Under the pieces are notes generated by a model. It was given only the letters and a program-made list of their open reading frames with translations, did no database searches and was not told the DNA's origin. From an uncultured Rubrivirga sp. (GTDB lineage: Bacteria; Actinomycetota; Actinomycetes; S36-B12): a DNA stretch of 64,000 nucleotides. The DNA lies in NCBI GenBank assembly GCA_964385255.1, contig CAYLOH010000002.1, forward strand, positions 22,965 to 86,964. The letters run 5' to 3'. The translations under genes were made by a program, and so were the position numbers. This document shows positions 19,049 to 28,328 of this stretch, piece by piece. How positions within the stretch are numbered: the stretch's first letter is position 1; every line of letters begins with the position of its first letter.

Positions 19049-20029
19049 TCAACGACGCTGGGCCCAACCAGCTTCGGGGTACCCCATCGATGGCTCCGAC
19101 ACGTCCTCGAGTGCCGTGATGATCTCCTCGGGCAGGTCGAGTTCCTCGCTGGCCAGTGCCGAGATCAATTGCTGGGTCGTCCGTGCTCCCAGGATGGGGG
19201 CCACGACACCCGGTCGATCCCGGAGCCACGCTAGGGCGACCTCGCCGGGTGAGGCGTCCAGACCGTCCGCGGCTGTGCAGACTGCATCGACGATGCGATG
19301 CGAGCGTTCGTTGTTGTAGGCGTTGACGAAGCCGCTCGTCTCGGGGTTTCCGCCACGTGAGTCGATAGGTATGGAGTGCCTGTACTTTCCCGTGAGGACT
19401 CCTCGGCCTAACGGTGACCAGGGCAGCACACCGATACCCAACGTCTGGGCAGCCGGGATGATCTCGCGCTCGATTCCACGCTCGAGAAGCGAATACTCCA
19501 TTTGCGTGGTGATGATGGGGGCAACGCCCTTGAGCTGTTGGATCGTGCACGCTCGCGCGGTCTGCCATCCGGAGTAGTTAGAGATTCCGACGTACCTCAC
19601 CTTGCCGCTGGACACGGCATAGTCGAGGGCGCCCAACGTCTCTTCGAGGGGAGTCCACGAGTCCCACCGGTGAAGTTGCCACACGTCGATGTGGTCAACA
19701 TCCAATCGCTTGAGTGAGGCATCGAGGGCATCGAGAAGGTGCCGCCGGCTCGCATCGAGGCGGCGGTCCGAATCCGGCCTTTGAACGGCTTTGGTGGCGA
19801 GCACGACGTCCTTGCGGCAGTCGAACTCCTGCAACAGCGTCCCCAGTAGTTCCTCGCTGACGCCCATGCCGTAGCTATCCGCAGTGTCGATCAAGGTTCC
19901 ACCAGCGTCCAGGAATGCCGCCAGCTGATCCCGGGCTTCATACTCATCCGTCTGCTTGCCCCACGTCATGGTGCCGAGGGCCAATCGCCCGACCCAGATA
20001 CCGGACCTGCCTAATGGACGTAGCTGCAT
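19049..20029 (-). CDS. aldo/keto reductase
   Basis: 326 aa with the AKR pattern: LGTMTWG, IDTADSYG, GISNYSGWQ. Confidence 0.9.
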   Translation of the reverse strand: MQLRPLGRSGIWVGRLALGTMTWGKQTDEYEARDQLAAFLDAGGTLIDTADSYGMGVSEELLGTLLQEFDCRKDVVLATKAVQRPDSDRRLDASRRHLLDALDASLKRLDVDHIDVWQLHRWDSWTPLEETLGALDYAVSSGKVRYVGISNYSGWQTARACTIQQLKGVAPIITTQMEYSLLERGIEREIIPAAQTLGIGVLPWSPLGRGVLTGKYRHSIPIDSRGGNPETSGFVNAYNNERSHRIVDAVCTAADGLDASPGEVALAWLRDRPGVVAPILGARTTQQLISALASEELDLPEEIITALEDVSEPSMGYPEAGWAQRR

Positions 20030-20086
20030 GAGCGCACGCTATTGCCGTGGGGGCTGTATTCGGGGCTTTGCCCCTAGGGTGGCGTC

Positions 20087-21136
20087 ATGAAATTGGGAGT
20101 CAACCTGGGCTACTGGGGTGCTGGAAACGATGCGGACAACCTCGAGGTGGCGCGTGAGGCCGATCGACTCGGCTACTCGGTCGTGTGGGCTGCGGAGGCG
20201 TATGGCTCGGACGCGGCAACCGTCCTCAGCTGGATAGCTGCACAGACGACGTCTATCGACATCGGCTCGGCCATATTCCAGATTCCGGGCCGAACCCCGG
20301 CGAATTGTGCGATGACGGCCGCCACGTTGGACACGCTCTCCGGCGGACGTTTCCGCCTCGGCCTGGGGGTGTCCGGTCCCCAGGTGTCCGAGGGATGGCA
20401 TGGGGTGCGCTTCGACAAGCCGCTCGTGAGAACCCGGGAGTACGTCGACATCGTGCGGCTCGCCCTTCGCCGCGAGCGGGTCGTCTACGACGGTGAGTTC
20501 TGGCAGCTACCACTGCCGGATGGACCCGGCAAGGCGTTGACGCTGACGGTTCATCCCGTTCGTGACTCGATCCCGATCTACCTCGCTGCCATCGGTCCCA
20601 AGAACTTGGAGTTGTGCGGCCAAATCGCGGACGGCTGGTTGGCGATCTTCTTCAGCCCTGAGCAGTCCGCGGACGTTATGGAACCCCTGATTCGAGGGCG
20701 CGAGTCGACCGGTGAGTCGATGGTCGGGTTCGACATCGTGCCGACAGTTCCTGTCGTCCCTGCATCAAGTGTCGAGGAGGCGGCCGATCAGGTTCGGGCC
20801 TACGCCGCTTTGTACGTCGGTGGAATGGGATCTCGAGACAAGAACTTCTACAACCAACTCATGGTGCGCATGGGATATGAGCAGGCCGCCATCGAAATCC
20901 AGGACAGGTACATGGCCAAGGACTATGCCGGCGCCGGGGCTGCGGTCCCGCTGGAATTCCTGGATTCCACATCCCTTCTGGGACCGCCGGAACGGATCGG
21001 CGAGCGTTTGCACGCCTACGCCGACGCCGGGGTGACGACCTTGACCATCGGCAGTTACGCCGGGACGATCGACCAGCGCGTGGCCGTCTTGCGGCTGATG
21101 CAGGACCTGATGGAGCGCACCGGACTGGGTGATTGA
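20087..21136 (+). CDS. LLM-class (luciferase-like) F420-dependent oxidoreductase
   Basis: 349 aa with a luciferase-like monooxygenase fold: GYSVVWAAEAYGSDA, RFRLGLGVSGPQV. The F420 dependence is inferred from family resemblance. Confidence 0.8.
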   Translation: MKLGVNLGYWGAGNDADNLEVAREADRLGYSVVWAAEAYGSDAATVLSWIAAQTTSIDIGSAIFQIPGRTPANCAMTAATLDTLSGGRFRLGLGVSGPQVSEGWHGVRFDKPLVRTREYVDIVRLALRRERVVYDGEFWQLPLPDGPGKALTLTVHPVRDSIPIYLAAIGPKNLELCGQIADGWLAIFFSPEQSADVMEPLIRGRESTGESMVGFDIVPTVPVVPASSVEEAADQVRAYAALYVGGMGSRDKNFYNQLMVRMGYEQAAIEIQDRYMAKDYAGAGAAVPLEFLDSTSLLGPPERIGERLHAYADAGVTTLTIGSYAGTIDQRVAVLRLMQDLMERTGLGD

Positions 21137-21969
21137 TGTATCAACCGATGTCCTGGTTCGAGGCAGCCGTGCTCGGACTGGTTCAGGGCCTCACCGAGTT
21201 CCTACCAATCTCTTCTTCCGCTCACATCCTGATCGTCTCGCGACTATTCGGATGGGGTGATCCAGGTGCGGCGTTCACTGCGGTGTCCCAGATAGGTACC
21301 GAGACGGCAGTGCTCATCTACTTCCGGAGGGATATCGCACGGATCCTGCGAGCGTGGTTCCGCAGTTTCACCGAGCCTGCGCTGCGGAGCAGCATCGACG
21401 CCCGAATGGGTTGGTACGTCATCATCGGCACTATTCCGATCGCCGTCCTTGGCCTGACCTTTGCCTCCGTGATTGAGACCAGCGCACGCAATCTATGGAT
21501 CGTCGCAACGGTTCTAATCGTGTTCGGCGTGGTCCTGGGAGTAGCGGACCGATTCGGTCGCAAGACGAAGGAGCTAGATTCCCTGAACGTCCGTGACGGC
21601 GTGCTTTTTGGCTTCGGCCAGGCGCTCGCCTTGATCCCGGGTGTATCCCGTTCAGGGGCAACCATCTCAACCGGCCTCGCCTTGGGTTACTCCCGTTACG
21701 CGGCAACGAGATATGCATTCCTGCTCGCTATCCCGGCAGTTCTCGCCTCAGGTCTATACGAGGCAACCAAGATCGGTGACGACCCCAACGTCCAGTGGCC
21801 GCAGACCATCGTTGCGACGTTGATCGCTCTCGTCGTGGGCTATCTGGTGATTGCATGGCTTATCAAGTGGGTGACGACGCGCTCCTATCTGCCATTCGTC
21901 ATCTACCGAGTGGTGTTGGGGTCCGTGCTGCTGGTTCTGCTGGGCACGGGAGTTATTGCCGCAACGTAG
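21136..21969 (+). CDS. uppP: undecaprenyl-diphosphate phosphatase
   Basis: BacA family: GLTEFLPISSSAH and PGVSRSGATI. ATG 21136 overlaps the upstream stop (TGATG). Alternative starts are 21133 and 21148. Confidence 0.93.
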   Translation: MYQPMSWFEAAVLGLVQGLTEFLPISSSAHILIVSRLFGWGDPGAAFTAVSQIGTETAVLIYFRRDIARILRAWFRSFTEPALRSSIDARMGWYVIIGTIPIAVLGLTFASVIETSARNLWIVATVLIVFGVVLGVADRFGRKTKELDSLNVRDGVLFGFGQALALIPGVSRSGATISTGLALGYSRYAATRYAFLLAIPAVLASGLYEATKIGDDPNVQWPQTIVATLIALVVGYLVIAWLIKWVTTRSYLPFVIYRVVLGSVLLVLLGTGVIAAT

Positions 21970-21973
21970 TGAG

Positions 21974-23050
21974 CTACAGCCAACCGTTTCTCTTGAAGCC
22001 GCGATACAACAGCACGCAAATGACCGTGATCACACCGAGAACCACCGGGTAGCCCCACGCCCAGTCCAACTCCGGCATGTGTCTGAAGTTCATGCCGTAG
22101 ATGCCGCCTGCGACGGTCGGAACAGCAGCGATGGCCACCCACGCCGAAATCTTCCTCGTATCAGCGTTTTGCCGAAGATCCTGCATGGCAGTACTCGCCA
22201 TCAACATGGTCATCAGCAAGGAATCGATGTTCTCAATGGCTTCATGGGCTCGCAGGATGTGCTCACCGATATCTCGGAAGAAGGGCTTGAGTGCATCCGG
22301 CATGGGTTCGAAAATCTCGTCAGCAAACTCGTGCGCGACTCTGCTCAGTGGTTGTACAGCGTGGCGAGCCTGCATATTCTCGCGCTTGAGTTCGTAGATG
22401 CGCTTCGTGACGTCGTTGGTCGGACTCATAGCGAAGACATCGGTCTCCACTTCGCTTACATCCTCGGCCACCGCATCGACCACAGCCAGGTAGCCGTCCA
22501 CCGTCATGTCCATAATCGCGTAGAGAACGGCGAGTGATCCGTGCTCTCGAAGCGCGGCGCTGGCCTTGAGGCGTTCGCGGATCGACGTGAGATCGCCGTG
22601 CTTTCCGTGACGGACGGTGACCGCGAACCCGTTGCCGGTGAAGACGGAGACTTGACCGGTGTCGATGACCAGGCTGGCTTCGTCGTATCCGAGTGTCTTG
22701 AGAACAGTGAAGACCGACCCATCGGCGGACACGTCAACTTTCGCACGTTGCCGACTGTTGGCCGCATCCTCGACTTGCAAGTGCTCCAAGTTGAAGACGT
22801 CCTGAACCGCCAGCAACTCGGGTTTTGTGGGATCGAGAAGTCCGACCCACACGAATCCGTCCTCAAATCCGCGAGCGGACTGGAACAACTCAGCGAGTTC
22901 CGCCTTTACCGCGGCTCCGGTCAGGTCAGTCTCGCTCGGGATGTGCCGTGGTCTGTCGTCGACGACCTCGATGAGGCCTCCTGGGTGATAAGCACCCATT
23001 CCCCGGATCACTCGGCCATTCTGCCGTGAGAGAACGTCGACGCGTGGCAC
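21974..23050 (-). CDS. corA: magnesium/cobalt transporter CorA
   Basis: 358 aa with two C-terminal TM helices and the YGMNF signature. Confidence 0.93.
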   Translation of the reverse strand: MPRVDVLSRQNGRVIRGMGAYHPGGLIEVVDDRPRHIPSETDLTGAAVKAELAELFQSARGFEDGFVWVGLLDPTKPELLAVQDVFNLEHLQVEDAANSRQRAKVDVSADGSVFTVLKTLGYDEASLVIDTGQVSVFTGNGFAVTVRHGKHGDLTSIRERLKASAALREHGSLAVLYAIMDMTVDGYLAVVDAVAEDVSEVETDVFAMSPTNDVTKRIYELKRENMQARHAVQPLSRVAHEFADEIFEPMPDALKPFFRDIGEHILRAHEAIENIDSLLMTMLMASTAMQDLRQNADTRKISAWVAIAAVPTVAGGIYGMNFRHMPELDWAWGYPVVLGVITVICVLLYRGFKRNGWL

Positions 23051-23097
23051 CGTCGCGCTCGGGTGCTGGTCAATGCCAACCCTTCTAGGGTTGGGCT

Positions 23098-23787
23098 GTG
23101 CCCACCGTTGTTCTCATTCGTCATGGGCGGACGACAGCGAACGCCTCAGGAGTCCTGGCCGGCTGGTCCGAGGGTGTGCTCTTGGACGATCTCGGAAGGA
23201 CACAGGCCGCCGAGGTGGCGCAGAGGCTGTCCGTGGTCCAGCTTGCGGGCATCGTGTCCTCGCCACTGGAGCGCACGCGCGAAACGGCCGAAGCCATCTT
23301 CGCGGCGCAGACGAAGGCTTCCAGCCTCGAGATTCTCGAGGACAACCAGATCGGCGAGTGTCACTACGGCGAGTGGACGGGCCGTGAGCTGAAGAAACTT
23401 GCCAAGGATCCACTGTGGAAGAGTGTTCAGTCGCATCCGAGTTCGGTCACCTTTCCCGGCGGAGAGTCGATGACTGCTATGCAGCAACGGGCTACAGCCG
23501 CGATACGGCGGTGGAATTCACACTTCGGCCAGAAGTCCGTCTATGCAGTTGTCAGTCATGGTGACGTCATCAAAGCCATACTCGCTGACGCACTAGGCAC
23601 GCACTTGGATCTATTCCAACGCATATGCGTCGATCCTTGCTCCATCTCCATCATCGACTACACGGATGAACGCCCCTTCGTGCTCCGCAGTAACGATGTC
23701 GGATCGGATCTGTCCTTCCTCGCAAAGCAATCGCGGGGCAAGAAGCAGTCGGATGCCCCGGTCGGCGGGGGAGCGGGCCGTGAGTAG
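23098..23787 (+). CDS. histidine phosphatase / putative phosphomutase (MSMEG_4193-type)
   Basis: LIRHGRTTAN (RHG motif) and VSHGDVIKA. It is the first gene of an overlapping trio. Confidence 0.85.
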   Translation: MPTVVLIRHGRTTANASGVLAGWSEGVLLDDLGRTQAAEVAQRLSVVQLAGIVSSPLERTRETAEAIFAAQTKASSLEILEDNQIGECHYGEWTGRELKKLAKDPLWKSVQSHPSSVTFPGGESMTAMQQRATAAIRRWNSHFGQKSVYAVVSHGDVIKAILADALGTHLDLFQRICVDPCSISIIDYTDERPFVLRSNDVGSDLSFLAKQSRGKKQSDAPVGGGAGRE

Positions 23788-24349
23788 GCGCATCTTGGAG
23801 TTCCGCCTTCCCGAGAGATTCGTAGTCGGCACGGTCGGCATGCCGGGAGATCGAACCTTCTATCTACAGGCTCGGAGTGCAGACCAGATCGTCAGTGTCG
23901 CTTTCGAGAAGCAGCAGGCGGTTGTCCTCGCCGAGCGGATAGATCAGTTGCTGGACGAAGTCGCCGGGACCAGGGCGGCCGACGAGGCGATACCGGCAAA
24001 GGCTCCCGTCGAGCTGGCCGACTCCGGACCACTGGACGTTCCACTGGACGAGGAGTTCCGCGTCGGGGCGATGGCGCTCGGTTGGGATGACGCGAACAAC
24101 CTCGTGATCATCGAGGCTCATGCGGTGTCCGAGGTCGACGGTTTCGAACCACCCGAACTCGCTGACGACGACGCCGATGGACCAGACACGTTGCGCGTGT
24201 GGCTGTCGGCACCTTATGCACGTGCCTTCGCCGAACGTACCCGGTCGGTCGTTTCCAGTGGTCGTCCCGCATGTCCGTTCTGCCAACAGCCGTTGGATCC
24301 ACAGGGACACATTTGCCCACGGGCCAACGGGTACAAGCGGCGCCCATGA
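23780..24349 (+). CDS. DUF3090 family protein
   Basis: GTG 23780 lies 8 nt inside the preceding gene. 189 aa ending in a zinc-knuckle-like CPFC-x8-HIC. The track ORF is trimmed at its N-terminus. Confidence 0.75.
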   Translation: MSRRILEFRLPERFVVGTVGMPGDRTFYLQARSADQIVSVAFEKQQAVVLAERIDQLLDEVAGTRAADEAIPAKAPVELADSGPLDVPLDEEFRVGAMALGWDDANNLVIIEAHAVSEVDGFEPPELADDDADGPDTLRVWLSAPYARAFAERTRSVVSSGRPACPFCQQPLDPQGHICPRANGYKRRP

Positions 24350-25122
24350 CCGACGAGATCCGACGTCGGCTTCTCGAATGCTCCCTCGAAGTCAACGGTC
24401 GGATAAGCGGAGCCAGCAATGCCACCTTGCACTGCTCGGTGGATGAAGCGCTGTCGTGCGTCTACAAGCCACAGCGCGGCGAACGTCCACTGTGGGACTT
24501 CCCGACCGGAACCCTCACCGGTCGAGAGGTGGCGTGTTATGAGATTGATCGAATCTTGGGTTTCGGCCTGATCCCTCCCACCGTCTGGCGGCTAGAAGGA
24601 CCTGCGGGCCCGGGAATGTGTCAGATGTGGGTCGAGGAGGATGAGGACGCCCGTCTCGTCGACGTGGTTCCACCCGAACGGGTCCCTCCCGGATGGATTC
24701 CCGTCTTGGATGCGACCGATGGCTTGGGGAATCCGGTCATGCTCGTGCACGCCAACCATGAACGGCTTCAGGCGATGGCGATCCTGGACGCCGTCGTCAA
24801 CAACGGCGACCGTAAAGGCGGACACGTGATCACTGACCACGAGGGAGGTGTGTGGGCCGTCGATCACGGCGTGACGTTGTCCGTGGAACCGAAACTTCGA
24901 ACGGTGCTGTGGGGCTGGGCTGGCTTGCCCATCCCCAGCCACCTTCTCGATGCCGTCGACCTCCTTCGGGAACGGGTGCGCGGCGGGGCTCCCGACATCG
25001 CACGGTGGTTGGATCGATACGAAGTGGACGCGCTGACGCATCGGTGTCAGAGGTTGATCGACACCGAGAAGTTCCCGGCACCGAACGAGGATTGGCCGGC
25101 CATCCCGTGGCCTGTCTTCTAG
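24346..25122 (+). CDS. SCO1664 family protein (PI3/PI4-kinase-like fold)
   Basis: ATG 24346 overlaps the preceding stop (ATGA). NNGDRKGGH and VDHG resemble the kinase catalytic and activation loops. Confidence 0.75.
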   Translation: MTDEIRRRLLECSLEVNGRISGASNATLHCSVDEALSCVYKPQRGERPLWDFPTGTLTGREVACYEIDRILGFGLIPPTVWRLEGPAGPGMCQMWVEEDEDARLVDVVPPERVPPGWIPVLDATDGLGNPVMLVHANHERLQAMAILDAVVNNGDRKGGHVITDHEGGVWAVDHGVTLSVEPKLRTVLWGWAGLPIPSHLLDAVDLLRERVRGGAPDIARWLDRYEVDALTHRCQRLIDTEKFPAPNEDWPAIPWPVF

Positions 25123-25145
25123 CCGGAGAGGTCACGCCTCGTCGA

Positions 25146-25151
25146 TAGGGT
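25146..25151 (+). promoter_or_regulatory. -10-like TAGGGT hexamer 7 nt upstream of the mshC GTG (possible leaderless promoter)
   Basis: TAGGGT-ctgatcc-GTG, with no Shine-Dalgarno. Confidence 0.3.
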
Positions 25152-25158
25152 CTGATCC

Positions 25159-26385
25159 GTGGATTCGTGGGTCGTACCTCCGCGACCGGACCTGCCGGGC
25201 AGTGGGCTACCCCTGAGATTGTTCGACAGTGCATCCGGTCAGGTGCGACCGACCGCGCCCGGTCCCACTGCTCGCATGTACGTCTGCGGGATCACGCCTT
25301 ATGACGCCACACATATGGGCCATGCCAATACCTACGTCTCGTTCGACCTAGTCCAGCGGGTTTGGGCCGACGCCGGACACGACGTTCACTATGTGCAGAA
25401 CGTCACGGACATCGACGATCCACTGCTCGAGCGCGCAACCGCGACAGGTCAAGACTGGCGAGCCGTAGCCGACCGAGAGATCGCTCTTTTTCGCGAGGAC
25501 ATGACATCGCTCAACGTTATCCCTCCACGCGACTACATAGGCGCTGTTGAATCCATCCCGTCGGTGGCGGCATATGTCGCCCGACTGCTTGACCAAGACG
25601 ACGTATACCCGGTCGACGACGATCTCTATTTCCGAGTACGTAGTGATCCTCACTTCGGATCGGTGGCGCATTTGGACGAGGGCACCATGCTGCGACTTTT
25701 CGCCGAACGCGGAGGTGATCCTGATCGACCAGGCAAGGACGATCCGCTTGATTGCCTGGTGTGGCAGCGTGCCCGCCCTGATGAACCTGCGTGGGACTCC
25801 GAACTCGGACGCGGACGACCCGGCTGGCACATCGAGTGCGCTGCGATCGCACTCGATTACTTGGGGATGACCATCGACGTGCAGGGCGGTGGATCCGATC
25901 TCGCCTTTCCGCACCACGAGATGGGTGCTTCCGAGGCGCAGCGCCTAACCCACGAGTACCCCTTCGCTCGGCATTACGTGCACTCGGGCATGGTCGCCTG
26001 GCAAGGACACAAGATGAGCAAGTCGCGCGGAAACCTCGTGTTCGTCTCCTCACTTCGACGCGAGGGAGTTGACCCGATGGCAATCCGCTTGGCGCTTCTG
26101 GCACATCACTATCGAAGCGACTGGGCGTGGACGCCTCACGGGCTCGAGGGAGCGACGGAACGACTCGCCCGATGGAGGGCGGCAGTGGCGTTGCCTACTG
26201 GCCCTGCCGCCGAACCGACTCTCACTCGCGTGCGGGAAGTGTTGGCAGATGATCTGCGCACTCCCTCTGCTCTGGACGCCGTAGACGCATGGGCTCATGC
26301 AGCTCTCACTGGCGGCGGTGACGACCCTCGATCTGCCTCGCTGATTGCGGCAACCTGTGACACCTTGCTGGGTGTCCGGCTGTGA
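25159..26385 (+). CDS. mshC: cysteine--1-D-myo-inosityl 2-amino-2-deoxy-alpha-D-glucopyranoside ligase (mycothiol ligase)
   Basis: CysRS-like class I fold with HMGHANTY (HIGH) and KMSKSRGN (KMSKS). It lacks the anticodon-binding length of CysRS. Confidence 0.93.
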   Translation: MDSWVVPPRPDLPGSGLPLRLFDSASGQVRPTAPGPTARMYVCGITPYDATHMGHANTYVSFDLVQRVWADAGHDVHYVQNVTDIDDPLLERATATGQDWRAVADREIALFREDMTSLNVIPPRDYIGAVESIPSVAAYVARLLDQDDVYPVDDDLYFRVRSDPHFGSVAHLDEGTMLRLFAERGGDPDRPGKDDPLDCLVWQRARPDEPAWDSELGRGRPGWHIECAAIALDYLGMTIDVQGGGSDLAFPHHEMGASEAQRLTHEYPFARHYVHSGMVAWQGHKMSKSRGNLVFVSSLRREGVDPMAIRLALLAHHYRSDWAWTPHGLEGATERLARWRAAVALPTGPAAEPTLTRVREVLADDLRTPSALDAVDAWAHAALTGGGDDPRSASLIAATCDTLLGVRL

Positions 26386-28022
26386 GCGTTCCGTCCGCGA
26401 TCGATCCGACGAGCCTGGCAACGTGGCGGGCCCTGGTGGAGCGCGCTAACGGAGTGGTGTCGATCAGGGAATTGCTACGCGACCCGCGCGACTACCTGCG
26501 TGTAGAGGCTGCCGGAGTATCTTTCGACTTCAGTCGTCAGCGCGTCGATCGCGAGGTACTGGCTCTGCTGCTGAGGCTGTCGAATGAACTGTCTGTCGAG
26601 CAACTCCGCGAGGCGATGTTCTCGGGGGAGCACATCAACACGACCGAGGACCGCGCAGTGCTGCACGTCGCGCTTCGGGCCCCAGCCCACTCGGCGATAT
26701 CCGCAGGGGTTCGTGACGTCATGACGGACGTCCACGGAACGCTCGAGCGAATGCGGGCTTTCGCTGAGCGTGTGCGCTCGGGTGAGTGGAGAGGCGCAAC
26801 CGATCGAGTGATCACGGACATCGTGAATATCGGCATCGGAGGATCGGACCTGGGCCCTGCAATGGCTTATCAGGCACTTCGCCCCTATCGTCAACCGGGC
26901 TTGCGGTGTCATTTCGTCTCGAACGTCGATCCGGCCGATATTGGCAGTGTCCTGGAGGAGGTCGACCCGGCAACCACGTTGTTCATCGTGGCTTCCAAGA
27001 CCTTCACCACACAGGAGACCATGGCGAATGCGCACTTCGCACGATCGTGGCTGATCGACGCACTGGGCCCGCATGCAGTGGACAGGCACTTTGCCGCGGT
27101 GTCCACGAATGCCGACGCCGTGGCTGACTTCGGTATAGACCCGGCGACCATGTTCGGCTTTTGGGACTGGGTAGGCGGTCGCTATTCCATGACCTCGGCG
27201 ATCGGACTGTCCACCTTGATTGCGGTGGGGCCGGTGAACTTTCGCGCCCTTCTCGACGGATTCGCCGCCATGGACGAACACTTCCGCAGTGCGCCGGCCG
27301 AGGCGAACGCGCCACTACTCATGGGTCTGATGGCGGTGTGGAACAGAAGCTTCCTCACGATCCCGACGACGGCCGTTCTGCCGTACAGCAATGACCTATC
27401 CCGCTTCCCCGCCTACCTCCAACAACTGTCCATGGAGAGCAACGGCAAGTCCGTTCGACGTGACGGTGAATCGGTCGCTTACGCCACGGGCGGCATTGTG
27501 TGGGGCGAGCCAGGCACAAACGGACAACACTCGTTCCTTCAACTCCTCCATCAGGGAACCGACGATGTAGCAACCGACCTGATCCTCGTGGCCAGACCCA
27601 GTGGCAACGATGTGAGTGTCGAACAGGGGCAGCACGACATGCTTCTGGCCAATGGTCTCGCCCAGGCATCCGTGCTGTCGTGTGGTCTCACCGAGGAAGA
27701 GCTTCGGGAGTCCAGAACCCCGGACAACCTGATCGCTCACAAGATGATCCCCGGAAATCGCCCTACATCGGTGCTCATGTTGCCCGAGTTGGACCCCTTC
27801 AGCCTTGGCGCCTTGATCGCCGCCTACGAGCACAGCGTGTTCGTGCAAGGAGCGATTTGGCAGATCAACTCCTTCGACCAGTGGGGTGTGGAACTGGGCA
27901 AGAAGGTCGCCGCGGGAATTCTGGCTGACATCCGCGACCGACGAGACGACGATCCTGCACTGGATCCAGCGACGCGGTCGTCCCTTGCCAACCTCTTCGA
28001 GATGCAGGCTCGACGACCGTGA
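26382..28022 (+). CDS. pgi: glucose-6-phosphate isomerase
   Basis: 546 aa with PGI signatures ([31 protein letters not shown]). The GTG start overlaps the mshC stop (GTGA). Confidence 0.96.
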   Translation: MSVPSAIDPTSLATWRALVERANGVVSIRELLRDPRDYLRVEAAGVSFDFSRQRVDREVLALLLRLSNELSVEQLREAMFSGEHINTTEDRAVLHVALRAPAHSAISAGVRDVMTDVHGTLERMRAFAERVRSGEWRGATDRVITDIVNIGIGGSDLGPAMAYQALRPYRQPGLRCHFVSNVDPADIGSVLEEVDPATTLFIVASKTFTTQETMANAHFARSWLIDALGPHAVDRHFAAVSTNADAVADFGIDPATMFGFWDWVGGRYSMTSAIGLSTLIAVGPVNFRALLDGFAAMDEHFRSAPAEANAPLLMGLMAVWNRSFLTIPTTAVLPYSNDLSRFPAYLQQLSMESNGKSVRRDGESVAYATGGIVWGEPGTNGQHSFLQLLHQGTDDVATDLILVARPSGNDVSVEQGQHDMLLANGLAQASVLSCGLTEEELRESRTPDNLIAHKMIPGNRPTSVLMLPELDPFSLGALIAAYEHSVFVQGAIWQINSFDQWGVELGKKVAAGILADIRDRRDDDPALDPATRSSLANLFEMQARRP

Positions 28023-28324
28023 CCACGGAAGTCGACTCGCAGCGCTTACGCCGCCTGCTCGATATGGCCACGACCGATCTTCAGAGCGCCGCCGGGGGAT
28101 CCCCGCTCTGCAAGGTGTCCATGACGGGTACTACCCACCAATCCGTGAAGTACTTCGAGGGCCGGTGGGCGGCATTGCACGAGGTACAGAAAGGAGCAGA
28201 TGCCCAGGCTGCCTTAGACGCCTGGCGCAGCGAGTATCGGCGCCATCAGAACATGGCATCTGCAGACGCTTGGCTGCACTATGCGGCAGGCGGTGTCGAC
28301 GCTCTCTCGGAGCTCCTCACGTAA
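28019..28324 (+). CDS. hypothetical protein, translationally coupled to pgi
   Basis: 101 aa. The GTG start overlaps the pgi stop (GTGA). Third-position GC is coding-like. I recognise no motif. Confidence 0.5.
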   Translation: MTTEVDSQRLRRLLDMATTDLQSAAGGSPLCKVSMTGTTHQSVKYFEGRWAALHEVQKGADAQAALDAWRSEYRRHQNMASADAWLHYAAGGVDALSELLT

Positions 28325-28328
28325 CCAC

